The notes: generated by a model from the letters alone, not told the origin. Numbered from the stretch's first letter, positions 22,506 to 33,139 are shown. The stretch is DNA of 64,000 nucleotides from Vampirovibrionaceae bacterium NZW_1234 (GCA_041697335.1 JBGUGD010000023.1:96001-160000); one strand, 5' to 3'. Numbers and translations are program-made.

Positions 22506-22811
22506 AGCAAAAGACAAGCAACTTGTCTGGTGGTCTTGTGAAACTGGCATAGTCGTTGTCGGATCAAACTCGTTGGGGCGTGCATAGACGCTTTATTAAA
22601 TCCTGGCTCTCCTGGTAGACGTCTATCAATTTCCTATCGGATTGGTGCCTGCGAGTTCAGACTTCTTGAACTAAAGGTCAGTCAAATCATAAATAGCTGA
22701 GAATGATGACAAAATCACGCGTTCCTATTTTGTGAGGTTCGTACTCGTGCAATGAAGTGCTAGACTAGAGCTATTGCAAACTCTAGTGAACTGGTATTGT
22801 TTGTGAATATA

Positions 22812-24047
22812 ATGCCCAAGCCCATTGCTGAACAGGTTGATCATGCGCCCCATATATCCAAGACGGCGGCGTTGTGTTGGTTTGGGTGGGTGTTTGATTT
22901 TTATGACTTGATCCTGATTGCCTTTCTCATTCCGGCCATTGAGGAGTCGCTGCATTTGGATGTCAAGGCTGGGGCATGGCTTTTAGGTGTGGGCTTGGGG
23001 GCTTCGGGACTGGGCGGTATTTTGTTTGGGTGGTTGGCGGATTTGTATGGGCGTAAAAAGATTCTGACGGTGACTGTGTTGCTGTTTTCGCTGGGGATGC
23101 TGGCCACCGGGTTCACCCAGACAGCATGGCAGTTTTTAATTGCCCGTTTTATTACCGGCCTTGGCCTGGGCGGGGAGTGGGCTGTTGGGCATGCGCTGAT
23201 TGCCGAGTCTGTTCCGGCGGCAAAGCGGGCCCGATGGAGCGCTTTTTTACAAAGCGGGGAACCGGTCGGGGTTGCCATTGCTGCCGTGATGGGGTTTATG
23301 GTTGCTCCGGTGATTGGCTGGCGAAATGTCTTGATTTTATCGTCATTGACCGGGCTATTGGCGCTGCTGTTTCGGCGTCACCTGACGGAGTCGCCGTTGT
23401 GGCTGGCTTCTCCCGCCTTGCGCTCTCGCGAGCGCCTGGAAGCCTTGAAGCCCTTTTTGCGGAATTACAAAGGCCTGATGCTGATTGCCTTTATTTTGGC
23501 CGTATTTAAGCTGGGCACCTATTGGACCTGCTACACGTGGTTGCCCCGGTTTATCAAGGCTTCGTTTGGGCTGGAGCTTCATAAGTCGGCCCTGTGGATT
23601 TTGTGCGGGCAGTTGGGGCAGTTTATCGGGATGTATGCCTTTGGCCTGGTTGCCGATAAGATTGGCCGCCGCTGGGCCTTTACCGGATTTTCCCTGTTGA
23701 CTGCCATGGCGTTGTTGCCTCTGGCCGTGTTCTGGCATGAGCTCTTTGCCGATTGGCCGACCTTGTTTTGGGCGTTGATTTTTCTGCTGGGCTTTGGCTC
23801 CGGCTGTACTGCCGGGTTTGGGGCCTTGCTGTCGGAATTGTTCCCCACGGTGCAGCGGACCTTTGCCATGGGTACCGTATATAGTCTTGCCAGAGGGGTG
23901 CAGATTTTTGCACCCGTTATTGTGGCTTCCGCTGTCAGTGAGGCGGGCTTGATGGGAGGATTGCTGGTACCGACTACGCTGGCGGTTTTAACGGCGCTGT
24001 GGGTTTGGACATTGCCGGAGCGGAAAGGGACTTCGCTGGCGGCTTAA
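22812..24047 (+). CDS. MFS transporter
   Basis: GWLADLYGRK motif A, ARFITGLGLGGEW, about 12 TMs. Confidence 0.92.
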   Translation: MPKPIAEQVDHAPHISKTAALCWFGWVFDFYDLILIAFLIPAIEESLHLDVKAGAWLLGVGLGASGLGGILFGWLADLYGRKKILTVTVLLFSLGMLATGFTQTAWQFLIARFITGLGLGGEWAVGHALIAESVPAAKRARWSAFLQSGEPVGVAIAAVMGFMVAPVIGWRNVLILSSLTGLLALLFRRHLTESPLWLASPALRSRERLEALKPFLRNYKGLMLIAFILAVFKLGTYWTCYTWLPRFIKASFGLELHKSALWILCGQLGQFIGMYAFGLVADKIGRRWAFTGFSLLTAMALLPLAVFWHELFADWPTLFWALIFLLGFGSGCTAGFGALLSELFPTVQRTFAMGTVYSLARGVQIFAPVIVASAVSEAGLMGGLLVPTTLAVLTALWVWTLPERKGTSLAA

Positions 24048-24209
24048 GGCTCCGCGGACTGAATGCTCTGTAAATATTTCGTAATACACGTCGGGCTTTT
24101 GGCAATTCAGCATCTTGAGCGAGTATCTTTAAACTAACCCCACCCTGAAGCAAATTGGCTCTGTGTGCTTCTGGAACGGGGTGTGATGTCCTATAGGAGT
24201 TTCCACCCG

Positions 24210-25100
24210 ATGAACGTAATTTCTTTTCAACCCGCGTTTCAAGCCGTCCAGTCCAAGGCATCCGGCTTGATGCGCCAGCAATTGAAACAAGGTTTACTGC
24301 CGTTGGCATCGACCCAGGCCAAGGATACCGTCACGTTCCGGGGGCGCGGGGATGATTATGATGCGCCTCGCAACCTGTCTCCAAGCGAGAAGAAATATGG
24401 GGAAGCCCTGGCTCTGGCAGAGCGGGTGACCCAGCAAGACACCCCCAAGCTGACGCTGTCGAAGCGGGCCGGGCAAATTGAGAAGCTCTTTGCCGAGGCC
24501 GTCGAATTGGGTGTCAAGGAAGGCAACGCCAACCTGGTCTACAGCGTTGGCCTCGTGAACCATCATGGGGTTGAGCGCTTTTATGAGAACGGCTTGGGTG
24601 GTGTGCACCGGTATCATCAACTGCCCAAAACCGCAGACAAAGGGCAAGCAGAACCATTGGATAAATGGATTGTGGTGCCCAATTACGAGTTGGGTATGGA
24701 CTATTTCCGCAAGGCGGCCCAAGTGGCGCAAAAGACCGGCGATAGCTGGACCATGATGAATGTGGCCCGCAAGTTTAGCGATGGCCTGCGTCGGCATTCG
24801 GCGGATCGTCCCAGCTTGCCCATCACCCCGGAGATGTGCCACAACGAAGCCAAGGATTATCTGGGTCAGGCGGTGTCGCTGGCTCGTAGAACCCTGGCCG
24901 ATGTTCCCAAACCGGAGAACTTCCGGGTTGCGGATAACGTGAAGTATGCCGTCGGTGTGCTCCGCAAGGTGGATGACATCTACCGCAACGGTGCTGAGAT
25001 GGATCGCTATGATGACGCTCGCAAGACCTTTCCGCCGATGCCTGAAAAGGCCGAGGAGCTGGCACCCTTGCTGGCTAAGTTTGCCAAAGTGGTTGTCTAG
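24210..25100 (+). CDS. Helical-repeat (TPR/Sel1-like) hypothetical protein with N-terminal DTVTFRG extension
   Basis: AGGAG SD before ATG 24210; GMDYFRKAAQ-type helices. Confidence 0.65.
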   Translation: MNVISFQPAFQAVQSKASGLMRQQLKQGLLPLASTQAKDTVTFRGRGDDYDAPRNLSPSEKKYGEALALAERVTQQDTPKLTLSKRAGQIEKLFAEAVELGVKEGNANLVYSVGLVNHHGVERFYENGLGGVHRYHQLPKTADKGQAEPLDKWIVVPNYELGMDYFRKAAQVAQKTGDSWTMMNVARKFSDGLRRHSADRPSLPITPEMCHNEAKDYLGQAVSLARRTLADVPKPENFRVADNVKYAVGVLRKVDDIYRNGAEMDRYDDARKTFPPMPEKAEELAPLLAKFAKVVV

Positions 25101-25163
25101 CCGGATTGAACTGGCAAGTATGATGCAGCCGAGCCGTATCCTTCGTGGTGTGGCTCGGTTTGC

Positions 25164-26093
25164 TTAGTAAGCTCGCGGGGGAATGCCGTGGACCAGGAGA
25201 TCGATGATGCGGTCGCTGATGGGGTAGCCGGAGAGCTGCTCATCCAGGATGAACACGGGTGTGGGGTTGCCTTCGAAGAAGACGTATTCGCCCTCCGGGG
25301 TGCGGCGCAGGTCGATGCCGGTGAAGACCAGTTTAAGGACATCGGCCAGGCGTTTGCAGTCGGTCAGAACCTCGTCGGGGAGGGTGATGGGCACCCGCTT
25401 GGCTTCGTCGTCCTCTCGAAAGTCCAGGGTGGTGCTGTGGATCTCCATGGCAAACATCTCGTTGCCCACCAGGTAGGCTCGGATGTCCGTGCCGGGGATG
25501 AACTCCTGGAGCTTCACGGGTGAGTTGGCCAGGGTTTTGAGGCGCTCGGAGGTCAGGTCCTCGTCTTTTAAGAGGGTGGTGTGGGCCCAGCCTCGGACGG
25601 GTTTGAAGATGACCTGCTTGTTCAGGCGTTCGTAGAAGGCGATTAATTCGTCCGGGTCGTTGGTGATGAGGGTTTCGGGGACGCGGATGCCCGCCTGGTT
25701 GAGGAGTTGGAGCTGATAGCCCTTGTACTTGTGCATTTCCACCGACTCCCAGGGGTTGACCCAGGGGCAATCGAGGACCCGGCAGAAGCTGCCGATGGCC
25801 GATTCGATGTTCCAGTAGACGATTTCGTTGAGCATGGGGTCGTCTTCGTGGGGGGCGTTGACCCCTTTGGACCAGCGGCGGTAGACGCCCTGAATATCGG
25901 AGAAGGCCACCTTGGGTTCGGAGGGGGAGGCCTGGAAGAAGCCTTCGCATGGGCTTTCGGGTTTGTAGGATATCAAGGTCACCGTGGGATACTGGGTGGT
26001 ATCGAACATGGTGGTCTTGAGCCCCCGTTGATGCATTTTGGATTGCATGTAGACGGAGGGGTAATCATCCGGGGTGCCGACAATGAGAATCAT
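25164..26093 (-). CDS. ATP-grasp ligase, MdnC/MvdD-like graspetide synthetase (paralog 1)
   Basis: FDTTQYPT, WVNP, QL...AGIRVPETLITND, FKP, QEFIPG, IDLRRTPEGEYVFFEGNP. Confidence 0.85.
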   Translation of the reverse strand: MILIVGTPDDYPSVYMQSKMHQRGLKTTMFDTTQYPTVTLISYKPESPCEGFFQASPSEPKVAFSDIQGVYRRWSKGVNAPHEDDPMLNEIVYWNIESAIGSFCRVLDCPWVNPWESVEMHKYKGYQLQLLNQAGIRVPETLITNDPDELIAFYERLNKQVIFKPVRGWAHTTLLKDEDLTSERLKTLANSPVKLQEFIPGTDIRAYLVGNEMFAMEIHSTTLDFREDDEAKRVPITLPDEVLTDCKRLADVLKLVFTGIDLRRTPEGEYVFFEGNPTPVFILDEQLSGYPISDRIIDLLVHGIPPRAY

Positions 26094-26099
26094 AGGTCC

Positions 26100-26108
26100 A
26101 CTATAGCA
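26100..26108 (-). promoter_or_regulatory. Extended -10 (TGCTATAGT) 6 nt before the ATG; leaderless promoter
   Basis: Minus strand reads TGCTATAGT-ggacct-ATG; no SD. Confidence 0.55.
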
Positions 26109-26182
26109 CGAGGGGGGCTTTTGCGGGTATGGGGGAGGGAGCGGTTGTCTGAGGTGAAGGAAACGGGATTTTCAACTCGTTT

Positions 26183-26519
26183 TTGCTCATTTTTGCTCAG
26201 GGTGACTTTGTTTTTGGTTTTTTGCCTCGTTTTTACTCAAAAATTACTCAGGGATTGAGTTGTTTTTTACCCAAAATTACTCAGGGCTTGAGTTATTTTT
26301 GTTGTTTTTTACTCAAAATTACTCAGGGCTTGAGGTATTTTTGTTGTTTTTTACTCAGAATTACTCAGGAATTGAGGTTTTTTGTTGTTTTTACTCGAAA
26401 TTACTCAGGGAGGTGGGGTTTTTGGTTTGTTTTTTACTCAAATTGACTCAGGATGTTGATTTTTTTACTCAGTTTTACTCAGGTTGTTGTTTTGGTTCAG
26501 GGTTACTCACCGATACTCA
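26183..26519 (+). repeat. Array of about 9 paired TTACTCA direct repeats with T/G-rich linkers
   Basis: Pairs start at 26183 (TTGCTCA variant), 26233, 26267, 26309, 26351, 26391, 26434, 26465, 26503; 10-11 bp within pairs. Confidence 0.85.
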
Positions 26520-26886
26520 CCCAGGTGGGGTGGGAGGGACTCGGGGGTAGGGTGTTGTGAATTTTGAAGGGTGTGATTAATTCAGGTGGTCTTGTTTGTT
26601 TTCCGGGTGTGTCATTCGGTAAAATGGCTTGAGGTAGGTAAATAGGGGTGTGTTATGGGTATTATTCCTGATTTGGGCTTGGTTTAAACCTGGTTTCTGT
26701 TTTTTGTGCCGTTGATGCCCAGAGGGCGATTGCGGCGGTCGTCTTTCGATGGGGCGTATTAAGCAGATTCGGAATGATTTTTGCGTCGCTTCCCATGGCG
26801 TTTCAAGAATACCGCTATTTGTCCAATGGCGGGTTTTTATCAGATTGGGGTAACCTGAAGTATCGAATTGGGAACCAGGATGAGCG

Positions 26887-29754
26887 ATGACTGCAGAAAT
26901 GTCTCTTGGGCCAAGCGGCGAGGAGGCCCAAAAATTTCAGAAAATGGCATTTTGGTTTGCCTGTGCCATCGGGGGCATTGGCCTATTGGCGCTAACAGGG
27001 TTTATTCTTGATATTCATTTGCTGCGGTCGTTTCTGCCCCATTTCGCGCCGCTGATTTCCCTGCCATCTACGGTCAACATCCTTTGTGTCAGCATAGCAA
27101 TGTTCCTGTATGCGTTATTTGACTCAAAACCATGGTCTCGCAGGGCGATCATCTGTCTTTTGCTGGTTCCCTTGTCCGTTGCCGGGTATTTCATTGTGCG
27201 TTCGTTATGGGCGGCACAGTTTGACGTGATTTCCTTGCTAATTCAGGATTATGGCATTGTCATGCCCTTCTTGTCTGCCATGAGTATGGGGCTTGGAGCA
27301 TTGTCCTTCATGTCTTTTATTCTCTGGAAGGAGAATCGTTGGGGGACTTTGCTCTCCGGACTATTGGCCATGCTGATGGTTCAGATGAACCTGTATGCCT
27401 TGCTGGGGTATTTGCTGAAACTGCCGGTCCTTTACGATGATCGAATGTCGCTGCCGTCGTCCTTGTCTTATGTTCTGATTGGGACGGCGTTACTGATTAT
27501 GACGACCCCCTTCGAGGGCTTTCTGGTACCGCTCTTTTCCAAAAACACCCGTGTTCGTCTTCTCACCATGTTCGCCCTCACCGTTGGCATTTTGATTTTG
27601 GTCGAGGGGATGACGGACGTGTCGCGTTTTCATCATACGGTTGAACAGGGGATGATGGCGGATGTGCTTCGATTTAATTATTTCTATGTGATGACCTCGT
27701 TTTCCAACATCGGATTATCTATTTTAATGCTGGTGGGGGCTTTGGAGGCGATTTACTATTTCGAGGCGTCCACGATCTATCAACGAGAAAAGCAGGTGGC
27801 CCAGCGCGAAACGCAACGGGCGGAGGAGGCTTTAGAAGCTTCATATCGGCAGTTGGAAGACTTTAAAAAGGCATTGGATGCATCCGATATTGTGGCCATT
27901 ACGGATACGCACGGGGTGATTACCTATGTGAACGACGCTTTTTGTCGTATTTCAGGGTATACCCGTGACGAGCTGATCGGTCAAACCCACCGGCTGATCA
28001 ATTCGGGCTATCATCCCAAGTCGTTTTTTAAATCCATGTGGTCAGCCATTGGCCATGGCCATGTGTGGCATGCGGAAATAAAAAACAAGGCTAAGGATGG
28101 GAGCTATTACTGGGTTGATACGACGATTGTTCCGTTTTTGCGAGACGATGGCAGGCCGTACCAATACATTGCCGTCCGGCATGATATTACCGAGCGAAAA
28201 CGTGTTGAAGAGCAACTTCGGATGGCCTTTGACGACGTCAAGGAGAGTGAAGCCCGATTTCGGACCATTGCGGATGAGTCGCCCATGTTTATTGTCATGG
28301 TCGATCTGGCGATGCGCACCACGTTTCTCAATAAAACCTGGATTGACTTTACAGGGCAATCGTTCAGGGAGAGTCCTGTTCGTCCGTTTCTGGCCGAGGT
28401 GCTTCATCCGGATGACGTGGACAGAACCGTTGACATGTATCAGCAGGCGGCACTATCGCCTCACACGTTTTCGCTGGAGAACCGACTGCGGTCCAGGGAG
28501 GGGGAGTATTTTTGGGTTCTATGGCATGGGACGCCGCGGTTTTTGCCCAACGGTGAATTTCTGGGCTTTATGAGCAGCGGGGTGGATATAACGGTTCGCA
28601 AACACATGGAGGAAGCCCTTCGAAACAGTGAATCCCAATGGCGAACGCTGGCCAACTCCATTCCGCAACTTGCATGGATGGCCGATCAGACCGGCTGGAT
28701 CTTCTGGTATAACCAGCGCTGGTATGAGTACACGGGGCTCCCCATTGAATCTGTTGAAGGGTGGGGATGGCAGCAGGCGCATCATCCGGACCATGTGGAT
28801 CGGGTGACCGAATCGATTCAATATGCCTTTATCCACGGAACCCCTTGGGAGGATACTTTTCCGCTCAGAAGCAAGGAGGGCCAATGGCGTTGGTTCTTGT
28901 CCCGTGCACTGCCGATTCGAAACGATGCAGGCGAGGTGATTCGCTGGTTTGGATCCAATACCGATATTACCGATGAGCTGACAACGAAAGCGGCGCTGGA
29001 ACAACTGACCCGGGAATTGGAACACCGGGTTGCCGAACGGACGGCAGCACTGGAGGAGAGCAATAAAGAATTGGAATCGTTTTCCTACTCCATTTCACAT
29101 GATTTAAGGGCCCCGCTACGAAGTATTGATGGGTTTAGCCGACTGGTGTTAGCCGAACAGGCTGATAAGCTGGATGACGAAGGCCGACGTTACCTGCGGT
29201 TTATTCGGGAAAATACCCAGCGTATGGGAGAACTGATCGATGACTTGTTGCAGTTGTCCCGGGTGGGTCGGGCCGAGGTAAAACAGGAACCGGTGGATTT
29301 GAGTCAACTGGCAACCCAGGTGCTGGAGGAATTGCAACTGCAAGAGCCGCATCGGCACCTGATGATTCATGTACAGGACGGCTGTCTGGCCACCGGGGAT
29401 CGGATCCTGTTGAGAACGGTGTTGCAGAATTTATTGGCCAATGCCTGGAAATTTACATCGAAAACCGAGCAGGCCCGAATTGACTTTGGGTGTGATCAAG
29501 ATGATACTGGAAAGCCGGTTTATTATGTGAAAGACAATGGCGCCGGATTTGATCCGGCCTATGCCGGAAAGTTGTTTGGTGCGTTTCAACGCCTGCATGA
29601 TGCCCGTGATTTTCCGGGCACAGGCATCGGCCTTGCGACGGTGAAACGCATTATCAATCGTCATGGGGGAGAGATTTGGGCGGAAGGACAAACTAACCAG
29701 GGGGCTAACTTTTATTTCACCCTGGGTTCTCGCAAAATAAAGCTGGGAACATAG
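26887..29754 (+). CDS. Membrane multi-PAS sensor histidine kinase
   Basis: Multi-TM N-terminus, three PAS/PAC domains, FSYSISHDLRAPLR H-box, HATPase GTGIGLA. Confidence 0.93.
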   Translation: MTAEMSLGPSGEEAQKFQKMAFWFACAIGGIGLLALTGFILDIHLLRSFLPHFAPLISLPSTVNILCVSIAMFLYALFDSKPWSRRAIICLLLVPLSVAGYFIVRSLWAAQFDVISLLIQDYGIVMPFLSAMSMGLGALSFMSFILWKENRWGTLLSGLLAMLMVQMNLYALLGYLLKLPVLYDDRMSLPSSLSYVLIGTALLIMTTPFEGFLVPLFSKNTRVRLLTMFALTVGILILVEGMTDVSRFHHTVEQGMMADVLRFNYFYVMTSFSNIGLSILMLVGALEAIYYFEASTIYQREKQVAQRETQRAEEALEASYRQLEDFKKALDASDIVAITDTHGVITYVNDAFCRISGYTRDELIGQTHRLINSGYHPKSFFKSMWSAIGHGHVWHAEIKNKAKDGSYYWVDTTIVPFLRDDGRPYQYIAVRHDITERKRVEEQLRMAFDDVKESEARFRTIADESPMFIVMVDLAMRTTFLNKTWIDFTGQSFRESPVRPFLAEVLHPDDVDRTVDMYQQAALSPHTFSLENRLRSREGEYFWVLWHGTPRFLPNGEFLGFMSSGVDITVRKHMEEALRNSESQWRTLANSIPQLAWMADQTGWIFWYNQRWYEYTGLPIESVEGWGWQQAHHPDHVDRVTESIQYAFIHGTPWEDTFPLRSKEGQWRWFLSRALPIRNDAGEVIRWFGSNTDITDELTTKAALEQLTRELEHRVAERTAALEESNKELESFSYSISHDLRAPLRSIDGFSRLVLAEQADKLDDEGRRYLRFIRENTQRMGELIDDLLQLSRVGRAEVKQEPVDLSQLATQVLEELQLQEPHRHLMIHVQDGCLATGDRILLRTVLQNLLANAWKFTSKTEQARIDFGCDQDDTGKPVYYVKDNGAGFDPAYAGKLFGAFQRLHDARDFPGTGIGLATVKRIINRHGGEIWAEGQTNQGANFYFTLGSRKIKLGT

Positions 29755-29776
29755 TGTCTTGTTACACTGAGGCGAT

Positions 29777-30217
29777 ATGAAAAATTGCGTTATCTTGTTG
29801 GTTGAAGACAACGAATACGATCAGGAACTGACCATGAAAGCGCTTAAAATGGTGGGGCTTCAGGCAAAAATTGTGGTTGCCTGTGATGGGGTAGAGGCCT
29901 TGGATTATTTGATGGGGTCGTTAGAGACCGGTCAGTGCGATTTGAATGAGCACCCGCAGTTGGTTTTATTGGACTTGAAACTGCCGAAATTGGATGGGCA
30001 CGAAGTCTTGAAACAGATTCGCTCTAATGCCCGAACCCGGTTGCTTCCGGTGGTGGTTCTAACGTCGTCGCGTGAAGAAGAGGACGTGGTGAAGAGTTAT
30101 GCCAACGGCGCGTACAGCTATATTCGGAAACCTGTGGATTTTGACGACTTCCTGGATGTGGCTCAGAAAATCGGGGATTATTGGTTGAAAGTGAACGAAA
30201 ATCCTCCGGTGGGTTAG
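29777..30217 (+). CDS. Single-domain response regulator (Rcp1-like)
   Basis: ILLVEDN, LLDLKLPK, VVVLTSS, YIRKPV. Confidence 0.93.
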   Translation: MKNCVILLVEDNEYDQELTMKALKMVGLQAKIVVACDGVEALDYLMGSLETGQCDLNEHPQLVLLDLKLPKLDGHEVLKQIRSNARTRLLPVVVLTSSREEEDVVKSYANGAYSYIRKPVDFDDFLDVAQKIGDYWLKVNENPPVG

Positions 30218-30221
30218 GAGG

Positions 30222-31772
30222 ATGGCCGTGAACTCGTCCAACTTGACGCCTATTCGGGTTCTTCTGGTTGAGGATTCTGAGTATGATGCTGAACTGATCA
30301 TTAAAGAGCTGAAAGCCAGTTGGGATGTTTTTTATGAACGGGTATGCACCCCGGAAGAGATGACTCAAAAACTGTATGCGCATGACTGGGATATTATCCT
30401 GGCCGATTACCAGATGCCCCGCTTTAGCGGCCCTGCGGCCCTGGAGTTGCTGAAGAAGACCGGCTTGGACATTCCCTTGATCATCGTGTCAGGGACAGTG
30501 GGGGAAGAAATTGCCGTGGATGCCCTTCGGGCCGGTGCCCAGGATTTTATTGTCAAAGGACACTTCATCCGGTTGATTCCGGCTGTCAAACGAGAACTCA
30601 GCGAGCGGGTGGCCCGTCAGGAGCTGCGTCAGGTCGAGCGTCAGTTTCGCCAGAGCGAAGAACGCTATCGGACCTTGATTGAAGGATTAACCCAATTTGC
30701 CATTCTGATCATTGATGCGACGGGCTATATTCAGACTTGGAACGAAGGGGCGCAAAAAATATTGGGGTATCCCCCGGAAGAAGCCATCGGAATGCATTGT
30801 TCTTTCCTCTACTGCCCTGAAGACCGGGACCGTAGTATCCATGATCAAAGTTTGGCGATTGCCGTAAAGATGGGACAATATCATGAAGAAGGGTGGCGCT
30901 TAAAAAAGCATGGGGAACGCTTTTGGGCCGAAATTACCATTACGCCGATGTTTGATGACAAGGCGCAATTGATAGGTTATTCCAAGATTGCCATCGATCG
31001 TACCCAGGAAAGGGAAGCCCAAAAAGCGTTAGAAGAGTCGAAAGATCAGGCCGAACTTGCGAATCAGAAAAAAAGCCAGTTCCTGGCCAATATGTCCCAC
31101 GAACTCAGAACACCACTGAACTCCATTATCGGGTACTCGGAGATGATTCTGAACAATATGGTCAAATCTTCGGAAGATCTGGAACGCTACGCCAGGAATA
31201 TTTCCGTTAGCGGGCGTCACCTGCTGGACATTGTGAACGATATGCTGGATGTGTCCAAAATTGAAGCCGGAAAGCTGGAGATTCATGCCCAGCCTGTTGA
31301 TCTGCAGAAGTTGGTGCAGGAATTGCATGATGTGCTGGTGATGTTGGCCAATCAAAAAGAAATCAAGATTTTCTGGGATGTGGCTCCGGAGGTGAAGACC
31401 GTCGAAGCGGATCCCCAGCGGTTACGGCAGATTCTGTTTAACCTGATGAGTAATGCCATTAAATTCAACCGACCCGGGGGCAAGGTGATGCTGAACCTGT
31501 GCCGAAGCCAGGATGAACGCTGGTTTCAAGGTGAAGTCACGGATACCGGCATTGGGATCCCGCGGGATAAGATTGATCAGCTGTTTTCCGATTTTTACCA
31601 GGTGGACAGTTCTTCGTCCAAGTCCTACGACGGGACGGGGTTGGGGCTGGCCCTGACCAAGCGCCTGCTGGCTGTGCAAGGCGGTGATATTTCCGTTGAT
31701 AGCGAAGAAGGCAAAGGATCGACGTTTCTCTTCCGTCTGCCGATTCGACGGGCCAACCCGGAGTCGGCCTAA
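30222..31772 (+). CDS. Hybrid REC-PAS-histidine kinase
   Basis: N-terminal receiver (ADYQMP), [23 protein letters not shown]. Confidence 0.93.
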   Translation: MAVNSSNLTPIRVLLVEDSEYDAELIIKELKASWDVFYERVCTPEEMTQKLYAHDWDIILADYQMPRFSGPAALELLKKTGLDIPLIIVSGTVGEEIAVDALRAGAQDFIVKGHFIRLIPAVKRELSERVARQELRQVERQFRQSEERYRTLIEGLTQFAILIIDATGYIQTWNEGAQKILGYPPEEAIGMHCSFLYCPEDRDRSIHDQSLAIAVKMGQYHEEGWRLKKHGERFWAEITITPMFDDKAQLIGYSKIAIDRTQEREAQKALEESKDQAELANQKKSQFLANMSHELRTPLNSIIGYSEMILNNMVKSSEDLERYARNISVSGRHLLDIVNDMLDVSKIEAGKLEIHAQPVDLQKLVQELHDVLVMLANQKEIKIFWDVAPEVKTVEADPQRLRQILFNLMSNAIKFNRPGGKVMLNLCRSQDERWFQGEVTDTGIGIPRDKIDQLFSDFYQVDSSSSKSYDGTGLGLALTKRLLAVQGGDISVDSEEGKGSTFLFRLPIRRANPESA

Positions 31773-31815
31773 GGCCCCGGCATCATTGAGACCCAGGCGC
31801 ATGATTGTTGCCTCA

Positions 31816-32883
31816 TTATTTTTGCATCATTCCCTGCAGATGGGCGATAAACTGGCTGATATTGCCATTGTCCAGGTGTTGGTACATGGTATTGGATTCC
31901 GAGTAGGTGTTCAGATCGGTCCAATTCATCTGACCCGCATAACCGCCGGGATTATGGTTACTCATATAGGTCGGGGTGCCTCCCAAGGCAATCTGGACGG
32001 TATTGATTAGTTGGCCAAAGGGACCCACGGAATCGAGGACGGCGGGTTGTACAATTTCGTGACCAAAGTTGGCCAATCCGGGCAGGGTTCCTGCGGCTTG
32101 CTCTTGCCAGGTTTGATGTGGGCCTGCTAATGCTGGCGCCAGAATATGATAGAGGTTTCCATTGGGATGGTGCTGTCCATCTGCAAATTGTGCCAAAATG
32201 CCAATGTCGGCAGGGTCAAAGTGTTGCTGCATATGCCCGAACAAGATAGGGGCTGCAATGCCGGAAAACACCTGGCCATTGCCCGGGCCATCGGGAATGA
32301 TATTGTGGAGTTCTTGCAGTACCATCAGAACATCCTGCCAGGTGTAGGGTCTGGGCTCATGACCCAGGACGTTGACGGCTAGAAACTGAAGCAGATAAGC
32401 CTGGATTTCCTGGGATGTGGCTGTTGCCGGTGGTCTGCTTGGGGTGACGTCTGATACATCGGCTTCTGGGCCGTTTTCTCCCAGCATTTGAGGAATGTTT
32501 TGAGGCGGTGGCGGGGGCGCTGGCGGGGGTTGTAAAACCGGTATCTTGATGGGAATCCCCGTTTGCTGCGAAATCAGACCCAATGTTCCCATGTTACTTA
32601 AGCCGGGTGTGATTCCATACTGAGGCAGCGGGTTCATGACGGTGGTATTGTTCAGATAAACCAGGGAGGTGAGGACGTCACTGGCCGTGTTCTGGGCAAA
32701 GTTGGTGACCGATTCAAAGGTGTCGACAGCGGCATTGTATGCCCCTGAGCCCACCTGGTAGATGGTGTTGACCGTTCCCAGGACCGTGCCTGCCGCCTGC
32801 TGAATGTTATTGAGGGTGTTCACGGCAGAGTCGATTGGGTTGGGAAAGTTACTGGGAATGGAAAAGAAATTGCCGAGTTCCAT
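31816..32883 (-). CDS. Hypothetical protein (Asn/Thr-rich N-terminus, poly-Pro linker, His-rich helical domain)
   Basis: 355 aa ORF; GGAG SD; shares the upstream motif with the precursor genes. Confidence 0.7.
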   Translation of the reverse strand: MELGNFFSIPSNFPNPIDSAVNTLNNIQQAAGTVLGTVNTIYQVGSGAYNAAVDTFESVTNFAQNTASDVLTSLVYLNNTTVMNPLPQYGITPGLSNMGTLGLISQQTGIPIKIPVLQPPPAPPPPPQNIPQMLGENGPEADVSDVTPSRPPATATSQEIQAYLLQFLAVNVLGHEPRPYTWQDVLMVLQELHNIIPDGPGNGQVFSGIAAPILFGHMQQHFDPADIGILAQFADGQHHPNGNLYHILAPALAGPHQTWQEQAAGTLPGLANFGHEIVQPAVLDSVGPFGQLINTVQIALGGTPTYMSNHNPGGYAGQMNWTDLNTYSESNTMYQHLDNGNISQFIAHLQGMMQK

Positions 32884-33020
32884 AGCTCATCTCCGCTCTT
32901 TGCCTGATGTCATACATAACCAGGGTTCGCCTATAATCCCGGTATCAGCGCGTGAATTCACGTCGTCGCTGTGCCCTGGGAGGCCCATCGCCATTAGTTA
33001 GGGTGATAGGCTTTCTTATT

Positions 33021-33051
33021 TATATAAAGTAAATATCCTTATCAAGATTGC
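33021..33051 (-). promoter_or_regulatory. GCAAT-N18-TTTATATA motif, copy 1
   Basis: Plus strand tatataaa 33021-33028 and attgc 33047-33051. Confidence 0.6.
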
Positions 33052-33139
33052 GGTTTACGTATTTAAAATTTAAATAAATTTACGTTAGAAATGGTTGCCC
33101 CCATCGGTTTCCAGTCAACAACAGCGTGGGGTCGTTTTT

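Noticed and set aside
26183..26550. ORFs with repeated FFTQNYSG or LLKITQG as RiPP precursors, or a CRISPR array
   Set aside because: Unit lengths (34, 40, 43, 31 bp) shift the frame, starts are TTG without SD, and linkers are similar low-complexity T tracts
26887..31772. Phytochrome/light-sensing system, or dedicated regulator of the RiPP
   Set aside because: No GAF/PHY or LOV motif seen; no DNA-binding output domain; linkage is only positional
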